Below are positions 55,595 through 64,000 of a DNA stretch of 64,000 nucleotides, piece by piece. Source of the DNA: an uncultured Candidatus Saccharibacteria bacterium (GTDB taxonomy: Bacteria; Patescibacteriota; Minisyncoccia; Phycocordibacterales; GWA1-40-21). The notes below the pieces were generated by a model. That model ran no database searches. It worked only from the letters and a program-made list of their open reading frames with translations, and was not told the DNA's origin. The position numbers and the translations under genes are program-made. Numbering within the stretch: the first letter of the stretch is position 1; every line of letters begins with the position of its first letter. The DNA is taken from positions 98,763-162,762 of the forward strand of contig CAZTJK010000001.1 of the NCBI GenBank assembly GCA_964613715.1. The letters run 5' to 3'.

Positions 55595-56476
55595 TCAGAG
55601 CTTCGCCTCGAAGAATTTGTCCCCGTCTTTGATATAGACAGAGCCCTCAAATACGCGAAAATCTGGGGCTATACCCGTATAGATCGGCTGTGGCATCTTC
55701 GCCGGATTGTCTTCCATCTGGACTGCGAATATACTCGCGCCGAGCGACACGATGACTGCATCGGGAAATCCAGGAAGGAAATTGATGCGACGCGGCGCGG
55801 CAGGAAGCGTATCGACAAGAAGCGGCTCGGTGCAGCTTGCCATTACGCAGAGGAATTTCGGCGCCTCGTCATTGTCGCCAAGCCAGCCGACGAATATCTT
55901 GCTACCGTCCTTCCAGAGCCCCATATTGCCGGAGATGATTGGAAATGCCTTTGTACCAATGGCGGATTTCGATATTTTTGTTGTCGTGGCAATAGTCTTG
56001 AGGATCACGGGCGATGAGCTCGAAAAGAGAAGCGAGACATCGGTATATTCCTGATTCTTTTTCTGCGATGCGGCGGTTGAACTGCTGGTGGCTGGCAGGT
56101 ATCTCAATATCGGAGCAAGCATGACATGCGAGGGCAACATGAATACATTCGCTTCGGATACGAAATTATCCGTCACGGCGATCTTTTTCTCCCAGGTATT
56201 GTAACCGGCCTTCTCGACACGGATATCATAGGCGCCAGCCCGAAGATTTTTTATCAGGATCGTCCGTTCAAAGAAGCTGGTTTGGCTTTTTTCCTTTCCA
56301 TTGAAATAGATAGTTGATCCGGTTGGCGCGCCGCTTATATAGATGCCACCAGTCTTCAAGATGCTCCAGCCATCGCCAAGGATATCCCCGCTTGCATAGA
56401 GGATGACCAGGGGCGATATGACGAGAAACGCCGCGATGAAAAGCAGGATCTTTATTTTTCTTTTTATAATAATCAT
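55595..56476 (-). CDS. PEGA-domain membrane-anchored protein
   Basis: N-terminal TM helix and a PEGA-like beta motif (AGAYDIRVEKAGYNTWEKKIAV). Confidence 0.55.
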   Translation of the reverse strand: MIIIKRKIKILLFIAAFLVISPLVILYASGDILGDGWSILKTGGIYISGAPTGSTIYFNGKEKSQTSFFERTILIKNLRAGAYDIRVEKAGYNTWEKKIAVTDNFVSEANVFMLPSHVMLAPILRYLPATSSSTAASQKKNQEYTDVSLLFSSSSPVILKTIATTTKISKSAIGTKAFPIISGNMGLWKDGSKIFVGWLGDNDEAPKFLCVMASCTEPLLVDTLPAAPRRINFLPGFPDAVIVSLGASIFAVQMEDNPAKMPQPIYTGIAPDFRVFEGSVYIKDGDKFFEAKL

Positions 56477-58008
56477 GCTTTTCGATGCTTCGGGGTGACC
56501 CAGAAGCCCATATAGCGGCCGAGCATGAGGCGTGTCTGCGCATCAAGACCCGGTACTGCTCCAAAGAGTATAACCGTAACCGGAATCAATATCCATTGGA
56601 GAAGCACAGCAAGCTTGCTGATCTTTGTGGTGCCCTCCGGCGCCTGCGGCATGAAGCTCGCAGCGATCGTGACCGACAGGAAGATGCCGAGCATCGCGAC
56701 AGTCATGAGGATACGCGTGATGATGGGCAGATTATATGAAAGGACGGTCGCATTGAAATCCCTGCCCCCGAGCATGACCGGTAGCCAGCCAAGAAAGAAA
56801 ATGATGATCGGGTTGGTGGCAAGAGACCAGAATCCCTCAAGCAGAATGAAGGTGAAGCGTATCTTTTTATGAAGCGGAATCAGGCTATTCTTCACAAAGC
56901 CCATAAAAACGTACGGCCCGTTCTCCACGCCGTAGGCCCAGCGACGCTGCTGCTTGTAGACATTTTTCGCCGTCTGCCAGAATGTCGGCGCGAGATTGGC
57001 ATCCATGGACACTGGGAAGCAGAGCGGTACCACCTTGTATTCGGCATTGTACGCGAGATACGCGTTCCAGAAGATGCGCGAGTCCTCGGAGACCATATTC
57101 TTTTGCCAGTAGCCGATATCGCGAAGCGTTTTGAACGATATCGAGTGCGACGAGAATGTGACCAGGCGGTCGATGCGCTCCTGCTGTATCATCTGCCAGA
57201 ATGTCGCGGAGAATGCAACGACGCGGGACAAAGCCGGCGTCTGCCAGATATTGTTATTGAAAAGCGGCACCGGCTGGAACGACGAGCGGAACGGGTCCTC
57301 ACAGGTCAGAAAGTTCCATGTCAGGCACTCGAAATACTGCGGATATGCCACGGTGTCGATATCGAATGCAGAAACAAGCACATCCTCGTAGGGAATTTGC
57401 GCTCGGTCGAGCACTTCGACACGCGCAGCTTCGGCAGCATAGGCGATATTGGAGCCTTTGCCGGGCATTTCCCCGCTCACGCCTGCCGGATGAATCGTGC
57501 AAAATAATGAGCCGAATTTCCCGCCGAATTGTCTCTTGGCCCGTGCCTGCATGTCTGTCGCATGCGCCTTATTTTTCTCCTCGCCAGCAAGGACAATAAT
57601 GAATTTCGACGGATCGTATTTAGAAACAAGCAGTGCCTCGAGGCTTTTCTCGATCACGTCATATGACTCATTGTAAAATGGCAAGAGCACCATGTGGCGG
57701 ATGCGATCATATTTGAGATTGGCGAGCTTCGCTTTCCAATCCACCGACATATTATGCCGCGTCTTTTTCCAATTCTGCCGCAGATAGATCGAAAGATAGA
57801 GCACCTTCAGGATCCAATAGATGTCGAAGAGAATGATGAAGATAGCAGCGGCAAATGGCGCACGAAATGAAAAGAAAAAGATGCAGGCAATGGACAGCCA
57901 CGAAAGGAATCCTGGTACTATTTCAAATAGACGGTAGAGCGCCCGGTCAGAACCGGAAAGATCGCCTGCCCGCCCGATGCGATAATAGATGCTGTGCTTG
58001 AAATCCAT
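56473..58008 (-). CDS. Family-2 glycosyltransferase, integral membrane (cellulose-synthase-like processive GT)
   Basis: GT2 core (VLLPFYNESYD, ..SAFDID..). Multiple C-terminal TM helices. Its 3' end overlaps the PEGA gene by 4 nt (ATGA). Start trimmed to avoid the tRNA. Confidence 0.6.
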   Translation of the reverse strand: MDFKHSIYYRIGRAGDLSGSDRALYRLFEIVPGFLSWLSIACIFFFSFRAPFAAAIFIILFDIYWILKVLYLSIYLRQNWKKTRHNMSVDWKAKLANLKYDRIRHMVLLPFYNESYDVIEKSLEALLVSKYDPSKFIIVLAGEEKNKAHATDMQARAKRQFGGKFGSLFCTIHPAGVSGEMPGKGSNIAYAAEAARVEVLDRAQIPYEDVLVSAFDIDTVAYPQYFECLTWNFLTCEDPFRSSFQPVPLFNNNIWQTPALSRVVAFSATFWQMIQQERIDRLVTFSSHSISFKTLRDIGYWQKNMVSEDSRIFWNAYLAYNAEYKVVPLCFPVSMDANLAPTFWQTAKNVYKQQRRWAYGVENGPYVFMGFVKNSLIPLHKKIRFTFILLEGFWSLATNPIIIFFLGWLPVMLGGRDFNATVLSYNLPIITRILMTVAMLGIFLSVTIAASFMPQAPEGTTKISKLAVLLQWILIPVTVILFGAVPGLDAQTRLMLGRYMGFWVTPKHRKA

Positions 58009-58038
58009 ATGCTGATTTGCCGGCCTACCGGCATACCC

Positions 58039-58114
58039 TGGAGCCACCTCCCGGGCTCGAACCGGGGACCTTCGCTTTACAAAAGCGTTGCTCTACCAAC
58101 TGAGCTAAGGTGGC
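58039..58114 (-). tRNA. tRNA-Thr (anticodon TGT) with encoded CCA
   Basis: GCCACCT-TA-GCTCAGTTGGTAGAGC-A-ACGCT-TTTGTAA-AGCGA-AGGTC-CCCGGTTCGAGCCCGGG-AGGTGGC-TCCA. Confidence 0.8.
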
Positions 58115-58147
58115 AATCGCCATAAATCTAGCAAAAAAGAAAATCGA

Positions 58148-58522
58148 TTACAAACGCTTCTTTTTCAGCGCATCCTTGTGCTCGGCAACTTTGGTTAGGA
58201 AAAACGATACCGAGCCCTTGTGCGCGGCATGCTGATCAGGCTTGAGGAAGAATTTCGGCTGCTTGCTATCGAGTGCGCGCTTCAGGCGTATGCTTTGCTG
58301 CTTCACGAAGCCGGCAGTCGCAAGGGCAAGGCGGTGGAAATTCTTATACTGGATTTTCGCAGCGACCTGCTTGCTGTTCTCCACAATCTGATGCATGTGT
58401 TTCTCGTTCTTATGCAAGAGATCAGCGAGTGCCTGGTGCCGGAAAAAAGGCACGTCGAAATACTTTACCGCAAGCATCGAGGCAATGAGCACGAGCGCAA
58501 CGTAAAATATGACGATCGCCAT
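58148..58522 (-). CDS. Hypothetical membrane-anchored protein (124 aa)
   Basis: N-terminal TM helix. Sits between tsf and the tRNA. Confidence 0.4.
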   Translation of the reverse strand: MAIVIFYVALVLIASMLAVKYFDVPFFRHQALADLLHKNEKHMHQIVENSKQVAAKIQYKNFHRLALATAGFVKQQSIRLKRALDSKQPKFFLKPDQHAAHKGSVSFFLTKVAEHKDALKKKRL

Positions 58523-58531
58523 ATCCTAATA

Positions 58532-59119
58532 TTACTTCGTAATGCTGAAACGAACAAATTTGCCGACTTCGATCTTCTCGCCGAATTTCTGGACAGCATT
58601 CTCGATAAGGTTCTTGATGGTGAGCGACGGATCCTTGATATATTCCTGTTCAATGAGGATGCGCTCCTTGAAAAAGGTATCGAGTTTGCCGGCGAGAATC
58701 TTCTCTTTAATGGCTTCCGGCTTCCCTTTTACTTCGTCAGCAAGCGCCTCTGATACCTTGGCGATCTCTTCGGCCGGTACGTCTTCGCGCTTCGTGTAGG
58801 CGGGATTCGTTGCCGCAACCTGCATAGCAATCTCGCGGGCGAGCTTTTCAAAATCCTCATGCTTGGATACGAAATCGGATTCGCTCAAGAGCTCGACAAG
58901 CACACCGACACTGCCGATGCCGTGAACATAGGATGCGATGCGGCCGGCTTTCAATGTACGCTCCGCCTTTTTCGCAGCAGCCTCGGCCCCTTTCTTTTGC
59001 AGGAGCACCAGGGCCTTTTCCATGCTGCCGCCCGCATCTTCAAGCGCTTTTCTGCACTGCATAATGGAAATGCCGGTCTTTTCTCTGAGCTCCTTGATCT
59101 GATCCATCGATATGTTCAT
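58532..59119 (-). CDS. tsf: Elongation factor Ts
   Basis: UBA-like N-terminus (IKELREKTGISIMQCRKALEDAGGSMEKAL). Start chosen at MNIS. Confidence 0.85.
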   Translation of the reverse strand: MNISMDQIKELREKTGISIMQCRKALEDAGGSMEKALVLLQKKGAEAAAKKAERTLKAGRIASYVHGIGSVGVLVELLSESDFVSKHEDFEKLAREIAMQVAATNPAYTKREDVPAEEIAKVSEALADEVKGKPEAIKEKILAGKLDTFFKERILIEQEYIKDPSLTIKNLIENAVQKFGEKIEVGKFVRFSITK

Positions 59120-59198
59120 ACGGGTGAAAATTAACAATAAATAAAATGCGAACCACTATTATAGCAGGCTCGCGGGAAAATTCCAGAAACCTGCCGTA

Positions 59199-59909
59199 TT
59201 ATTTTGCTGCCGCAATGCCCGCTTTGTAGGCCTTGGCGATCTCGTCCGCAAAGAGCGTGATGCTCGAGATGGACGAATCATTGCCGACGATTGGATAGTC
59301 GATATCCTTTATCTCGCAGTCGGTGTTGAGGAGCGCGATGACCGGAACGCCCATTTTCTTGGCTTCGGCAACGGCGATGAATTCCTTTTTCGGGTCAATG
59401 ATGAAAAGCGCTTTCGGCATTTCACGCATGGAGACGATGCCAGAGAACATCTCGTCGAGCCCTTCGATCTCGCGGTCGATGAGCAGGCGCTCCTTTTTCG
59501 TGTATTTGGCAAGCTCGCCGCGCTCTTTCTGCTTCTGCAGGTCTTCGAATTTGGCGATGCGCTTCTTGATCTCGGTCGCGTTTGTGAGCGTGCCGCCAAT
59601 CCAGCGTCCTGCGACATATGGCATATTGACCGACAGCGCTGCGGATTTCACGGCATTCTTTGCTTCGCTCTTGCCGCCGACAAAGAGCACCTGCTTGCCG
59701 AGCTTGGCAATGCTTTCAACGAATGCTTTTGCAGTTTCGAGCTGCTTTTCAGTCTGTTCGAGGTCGATGATCTCGACTTTGTTCTTCACGCCGAAGATAT
59801 AGGGAGCAATGGATGCATTTCTGCGGGATTTCTGGTAGCCGAAATGAGCGCCGGCGGAAAACATCGCGCCGATCACGTCATGTCCTTTCGTTTTTGCGTC
59901 CGTTGTCAT
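59199..59909 (-). CDS. rpsB: 30S ribosomal protein S2
   Basis: AGAHFGYQ N-terminus and a flavodoxin-like core. A TATACT box 10 nt before the MTTD start suggests a leaderless message. Confidence 0.85.
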   Translation of the reverse strand: MTTDAKTKGHDVIGAMFSAGAHFGYQKSRRNASIAPYIFGVKNKVEIIDLEQTEKQLETAKAFVESIAKLGKQVLFVGGKSEAKNAVKSAALSVNMPYVAGRWIGGTLTNATEIKKRIAKFEDLQKQKERGELAKYTKKERLLIDREIEGLDEMFSGIVSMREMPKALFIIDPKKEFIAVAEAKKMGVPVIALLNTDCEIKDIDYPIVGNDSSISSITLFADEIAKAYKAGIAAAK

Positions 59910-59960
59910 ACGAGGTGTGAGTATAGCAAAAAACACGGAAATGGCAAGGCAGAAAAAGGC

Positions 59961-60953
59961 TTATTCCTCCTCTGCCGCGTCGTCCCCGGATTGCGGCCTG
60001 CCTTCGGCTTTCACGACATAATCCACGAGATCGACAAGGCCATCTCCGGCGAGGATATTCTCGATATTGAACCAGCTATGCTTCACGCGGTGATCCGTCA
60101 CGCGGTCCTGGAGGATATTGTAGGTACGGATCTTTTCCGAGCGATCTGCCGTGCCGATCTGCTCCTTGCGCTCACCGGCGAATTTTTTCGCCTCTTCTTC
60201 CTCGCGCATGAGCTCAAGCTTTGACTGGAGAATGGACAGCGCGCGCTCTTTGTTTTTGAGCTGGCTGCGCTCCGCAGTCGAACGCACGTCGATGCCCGTC
60301 GGCTTGTGGATGAGGCGCACGGCCGTCTCCACTTTGTTCACATTCTGGCCGCCTGCGCCACCCGAGCGGGAAAATTCGATCTCGAGATCTGCCGGCTTTA
60401 TCTCGATCTTCGACTTCTTGCGGATCGGCAATATAGCGACTGACGCCGTCGAGGTATGCACGCGGCCGGATTTTTCGGTTTCTGGCACGCGCTGCACGCG
60501 ATGCACGCCTGTCTCAAAGCGCAGTATCCGATATACATCCTTGCCGCGTATCTCAAATGAAGCTTCCTTGTACGCGCCAAGGGTCGAGCGCGATTCATGG
60601 ATCGGCGCAAATGACCAGCCTTTCAGATCGCAAAAACGCTTATACATCTTTGCGAGGTCTCCGGCGAAAATCGCCGCCTCTTCCCCGCCGACGCCTGCGC
60701 GGATTTCCATAACCACTTCATTTGGATATTTTTCCTCTTCTTCGCCTGCGGTTGCGATGGATTTCATCTGCGCCATGAGTCCTGCTTTCTGGCTCGTAAT
60801 GCTTGCAAGCTCTTCTTCGGCAAGCGAAAGGACGGACGGGTCCTTTTCCGCCATTTTTCTGATGGACTCTTCCTCATTTTCGATGCGCGCATATTCCTCG
60901 GCAAGGAAAGCCGTCTTTTTGTTCTTTCTGAATTCTTCGAGCTCGTTGTTCAT
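59961..60953 (-). CDS. prfA: Peptide chain release factor 1
   Basis: GGQ motif ([12 protein letters not shown]) and a PxT-region domain. Start trimmed to MNNELEE. Confidence 0.85.
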   Translation of the reverse strand: MNNELEEFRKNKKTAFLAEEYARIENEEESIRKMAEKDPSVLSLAEEELASITSQKAGLMAQMKSIATAGEEEEKYPNEVVMEIRAGVGGEEAAIFAGDLAKMYKRFCDLKGWSFAPIHESRSTLGAYKEASFEIRGKDVYRILRFETGVHRVQRVPETEKSGRVHTSTASVAILPIRKKSKIEIKPADLEIEFSRSGGAGGQNVNKVETAVRLIHKPTGIDVRSTAERSQLKNKERALSILQSKLELMREEEEAKKFAGERKEQIGTADRSEKIRTYNILQDRVTDHRVKHSWFNIENILAGDGLVDLVDYVVKAEGRPQSGDDAAEEE

Positions 60954-61018
60954 GGTATGTATTCTATCAAACAGACAAAAACCCGTGCAGCGATAGCACG
61001 GGTTCTCGGAGTGAGTAG

Positions 61019-61255
61019 CTACTTCGACGACTTCTTCGTCGCAGCTTTCGTAGCGCCTGCAGCCTTGCGTGCGCGGAATTTCTCCACGCGGCCGGCCGTG
61101 TCGAGCACTTTCTCGTTGCCAGTGTAAATCGGGTGGCAATTGGCGCAAATTTCAACCTGGATCGACTCTTTGGTCGAGCCGAAATCGTAGGTGGCGCCGC
61201 AGACGCAGGTGGTCTTCGCCTTATTGAAATATTTTGGATGAATGTCCGCTTTCAT
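61019..61255 (-). CDS. rpmE: 50S ribosomal protein L31
   Basis: MKADIHPKY...CxC...CxxCHP. Confidence 0.85.
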   Translation of the reverse strand: MKADIHPKYFNKAKTTCVCGATYDFGSTKESIQVEICANCHPIYTGNEKVLDTAGRVEKFRARKAAGATKAATKKSSK

Positions 61256-61264
61256 AGTGATGGA

Positions 61265-61939
61265 TTATTTTTTCTTCTCGTCCTTCTTTTCCTCCTTCTT
61301 CGGAGCTTCCGCAGCTGCGCCCTCTTCCTCCTTCTTGCCGCGCTCTTCCGAGATCTCAATCTTCGAGAGGTCGACTGGTGCTGCCTCGACTTCCTCCTTT
61401 GGCTCATAGACGGATGCGATGATCTCCTCCGGCTTCACCTTGAGATGAACGCCTGCTGGGAGCTTGAGGTCCTGCGCCTTGATGACATCGTCGAATGCAG
61501 CGAGAGATGAGAGATCGACATCGATCTTGTGCGGCAAATCCTTCGGCAATGCCTCGATTTCGATTTCGTGCATCACTTTCACGAGCACGGCGCCGAGATC
61601 CTTCACTGCGCCGGATACGCCGATGAATTCGAGCGGCACCTTGATCTCGAGCTTCTTGTCCTTCTCGATGGCATAGAAATCCGCATGTCTTGGCTTGTCG
61701 GTCACCGGGTCGAGATCCACGTCATGGATGAGCACATCGACATCGATGCCAGTACCTTTCAAATGGAGAATGGTCGATTCGCCCGCATCCTTGAGCGTTT
61801 TCTCGAAAATAGCATATGGCAGCTGAATGGCAGTGGATTTCTCCTTCTTGCCGTAAAAAACCGCCGGCATCTGGCCGGAGCTTCTGAGCGTCGACAAACT
61901 TGTCTTCGCATCCCGCTTCTGTACCTCCAAGGTAATCAT
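61265..61939 (-). CDS. rplY: 50S ribosomal protein L25 / general stress protein Ctc, with a Lys/Glu-rich C-terminal tail
   Basis: L25 N-terminal beta barrel (MITLEVQKRD...) and a C-terminal domain. Confidence 0.8.
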   Translation of the reverse strand: MITLEVQKRDAKTSLSTLRSSGQMPAVFYGKKEKSTAIQLPYAIFEKTLKDAGESTILHLKGTGIDVDVLIHDVDLDPVTDKPRHADFYAIEKDKKLEIKVPLEFIGVSGAVKDLGAVLVKVMHEIEIEALPKDLPHKIDVDLSSLAAFDDVIKAQDLKLPAGVHLKVKPEEIIASVYEPKEEVEAAPVDLSKIEISEERGKKEEEGAAAEAPKKEEKKDEKKK

Positions 61940-61984
61940 AGAATCGCTATTATATATATTTCCGGCTGGAAATCAAGGGGTCTT

Positions 61985-62851
61985 TCAGAGGAAATTAAAT
62001 ATGCGCAGTTTCTCCTCTACCACCTTTTCCACAGCTGCGATGGTGCTCTCCATGTACTTATACGGCGCCACTTCATCCTTTTTTGCTGCCATTTCGGCAG
62101 CGAGGGCATCTTTGAAGGCGACACGCAGCTCCGTCGAGACATGTACTTCATTCACGCCGGCCTTGATTGCTGCTTGAATGTCTTCTTTCGAATTACCGCT
62201 TGCGCCGTGCAGCACAAGCGGGATGCCGACGGCTTTCTTAATGTCTGCAACGCGTGCGATATTGAGCGCCGGATCCTTACCACCTGCGAGCATGCCGTGG
62301 ATATTGCCGACTGCTGGTGCGAGCATGTCGATGCCCGTCTTCGCGATGAAATCCTTCGCCTCTTCCGGTTTGGTCAGGAATTCCTCGGTGATCTTTATGC
62401 CAGCAGGAATGGCTGCATGCACCGATGAACCCTCGCCGATGAACCCGAGCTCACCCTCGACGATGATTTCCGGGTTCACGCTGCGCGCATAGTCTACGCA
62501 TTGCTTGGTAACCTTGATATTTTCCTCGTACGAGAGCTTCGTGCCGTCGAAAATGACGCTGTCATAGCCCGCGTCGATGCATTCTTTCACCCCTTCAAAT
62601 GAATAGGTGTGGTCGCCATTGAGAAAAATCGGATGATTGTATTCCTCGCGCATGGTCTTTACGAGCGCGGCGATTTCCCGCACGCCCATGTACTTGCGCT
62701 CGCCCTCGGCTGCGCCGATCACAACCGGCAGATCGAGCTTACGCGCGGCATTCACAATGCCGCGCAGCATTTCAAGATCAGAAATATTAAAATGACCGAG
62801 CGCTATGCCTTTTTCCCCCGCTTCTTTTATATATTCCCGTAGCGTTTTCAT
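61985..62851 (-). CDS. fba: Fructose-bisphosphate aldolase, class II
   Basis: LNGDHTYSFEG and HGASG zinc/FBP-site motifs. Confidence 0.85.
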   Translation of the reverse strand: MKTLREYIKEAGEKGIALGHFNISDLEMLRGIVNAARKLDLPVVIGAAEGERKYMGVREIAALVKTMREEYNHPIFLNGDHTYSFEGVKECIDAGYDSVIFDGTKLSYEENIKVTKQCVDYARSVNPEIIVEGELGFIGEGSSVHAAIPAGIKITEEFLTKPEEAKDFIAKTGIDMLAPAVGNIHGMLAGGKDPALNIARVADIKKAVGIPLVLHGASGNSKEDIQAAIKAGVNEVHVSTELRVAFKDALAAEMAAKKDEVAPYKYMESTIAAVEKVVEEKLRIFNFL

Positions 62852-62918
62852 GTCGCCATTGTATCAAAGAAAAGAAAAAAGGCGATTTTTGCTTTCGCAA
62901 AAATCGCCTCAGCTTATT

Positions 62919-63236
62919 TTACTGCCAGGGCAGAAAGCTTGTACCGGTTTGAAAAGATTTATATGACAAAGGCACTTTTATCTTTCCAGTCTGGATCTCC
63001 AAAATTATTGAATCAGCAAATGTTGGGAGAAAAATGGCGTCATACCAAACAAAAACAGTAATGGCACCTCCACCGATTCTTGCAACCCACATACCGAAAT
63101 TAGCTGATCCAGTATTTAACCATAAGCAGAAGAAAATACCTGTAACTGCTATAGCTATCAAATATTTTAGATGCTTTTCTTCCTTTTTTCTTCGTAAAAA
63201 ATACCCAATATACTTTTTTGTATTTTGATTTTCCAC
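62919..63236 (-). CDS. Small membrane protein in a lower-GC segment
   Basis: Two or three TM helices. 105 aa. Confidence 0.35.
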   Translation of the reverse strand: MENQNTKKYIGYFLRRKKEEKHLKYLIAIAVTGIFFCLWLNTGSANFGMWVARIGGGAITVFVWYDAIFLPTFADSIILEIQTGKIKVPLSYKSFQTGTSFLPWQ

Positions 63237-63259
63237 ACAAACCTCCTATAAATGAACTT

Positions 63260-63484
63260 TTATTTTTCAGAAATAAATATGAATCTCGGCTGCTTCACGC
63301 CACCAATATCCACCGCTTCGGTGAACATCGCTGCCGGACGCACCCACAGCTTCGACTTCGGATTATCATAGAGCGCCTCGTAGACGACCATGTCCTCCAA
63401 AGTCTCGGAATGCTTCGCGATGCCGGTAACCTTATAGAGGTTCCCAGTTTTCGCGTGCTTGTAGATGCCAAGTTTGATATCCAT
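63260..63484 (-). CDS. DUF1653-like small protein
   Basis: GIYKHAKTGNLYKVTGIAKHSETLEDMVVYEALY...LWVRPAAMF is typical of DUF1653. Confidence 0.6.
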   Translation of the reverse strand: MDIKLGIYKHAKTGNLYKVTGIAKHSETLEDMVVYEALYDNPKSKLWVRPAAMFTEAVDIGGVKQPRFIFISEK

Positions 63485-63533
63485 ATTATCTCCTTTTCAA
63501 CAAAGAATCTTCTGCGGATAATGATACACGAAA

Positions 63534-64000
63534 TTACGAATTCCGCATCTCCTCAATCGCCTCTTTCATATCATCGCTATTGTAGAGGGTCGAGCCGGAG
63601 ACAAGGCGGTTCACCCCGGCTTCGGCGAGGTCTTTGGCATTCTCGAAATTCACGCCGCCATCAACCGTAATGATCGAGCCGGGGTATGCAACGCGCAGCT
63701 CGCGCACGCGGTCAATGACATGCGGATCAAAGCTCTGGCCCTGATAACCGATTTTCTCGATACCCATGAACTGTACGAAATCCGCGAGCGTGCGCCCCTC
63801 TGTATTCGCCTCAAGGTATGGAAAGAGTGCCGCAAGTGGTGTATGCACGTTGATGCCGATGCCGATTTCTACTGTTACTGCTGCCTCACCAAAATAACCA
63901 TATTCTTTTCGCAGCTTTTCAACAAATGCAAGGAGGTTTTTTGATGATTCGATATGCAGAATAATACGCTTGGCGCCTGCTTTGATCCAGTCTTCCGCAC
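63534..64000 (-). CDS. rpe: Ribulose-phosphate 3-epimerase (partial; the 5' end runs off the window)
   Basis: Frame open to the window edge (AEDWIKAGAKRIILHIESS ... TVDGGVN). Confidence 0.7.
   Translation of the reverse strand, partial: AEDWIKAGAKRIILHIESSKNLLAFVEKLRKEYGYFGEAAVTVEIGIGINVHTPLAALFPYLEANTEGRTLADFVQFMGIEKIGYQGQSFDPHVIDRVRELRVAYPGSIITVDGGVNFENAKDLAEAGVNRLVSGSTLYNSDDMKEAIEEMRNS

Noticed and set aside
1-64000. CRISPR arrays or other long direct-repeat arrays
   Set aside because: No regularly spaced direct repeats of 24-40 nt were seen anywhere in the window. The only exact inverted repeat pair of note is the retron a1/a2.

Overview
This 64-kb window looks like a compact bacterial chromosome segment of about 50-55% GC, densely coding and mostly on the minus strand. 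It is dominated by housekeeping genes: uvrC, uvrA, uvrB, ddl, tgt, trmD, rpsP, rnr, an SMC-like ATPase, rnc, nusB, rpmF, rnhB, dnaE, thrS, gyrB, pheST, tsf, rpsB, prfA, rpmE, rplY, fba and a partial rpe. There are three tRNAs: Ala-GGC, Ala-TGC and Thr-TGT. Several essential enzymes are unusually short (ThrS 578 aa, PheS 248 aa, PheT 636 aa, UvrC 406 aa, UvrA 868 aa). Many genes are self-contained monocistronic units with a near-consensus TTGACT-16/17-TAnnnT promoter, either a GAAAGGAGG Shine-Dalgarno or a leaderless start, and their own hairpin/T-run terminator. Four things stand out. First, a roughly 1.3-kb AT-rich island (about 30% GC) sits between uvrA and uvrB and carries a retron: a promoter, a1/a2 inverted repeats bracketing an msr-msd-like ncRNA, and a retron-type reverse transcriptase whose frame is broken by two compensating poly-A indels, with no effector gene. 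Second, a multi-copy family of small cytoplasmic proteins (about 90-200 aa) shares an FFxP...LTxxQVxxC core; five copies are clustered on the plus strand at 15.1-17.6 kb and four possibly related copies lie elsewhere. Third, a second AT-rich island encodes a 2-TM protein, there is a tandem triplet of small paralogs next to rnc, and there is a tandem pair of zinc-ribbon paralogs. Fourth, there is a NusB-NUDIX fusion, a T-box-like leader upstream of thrS, a PEGA-GT2 gene pair, and a block of secreted or surface proteins (two CAP-domain proteins, a multi-Ig protein with a peptidoglycan-binding domain, a sortase and a CARDB protein). Every call is made from motifs recognised by eye; no database search was possible.
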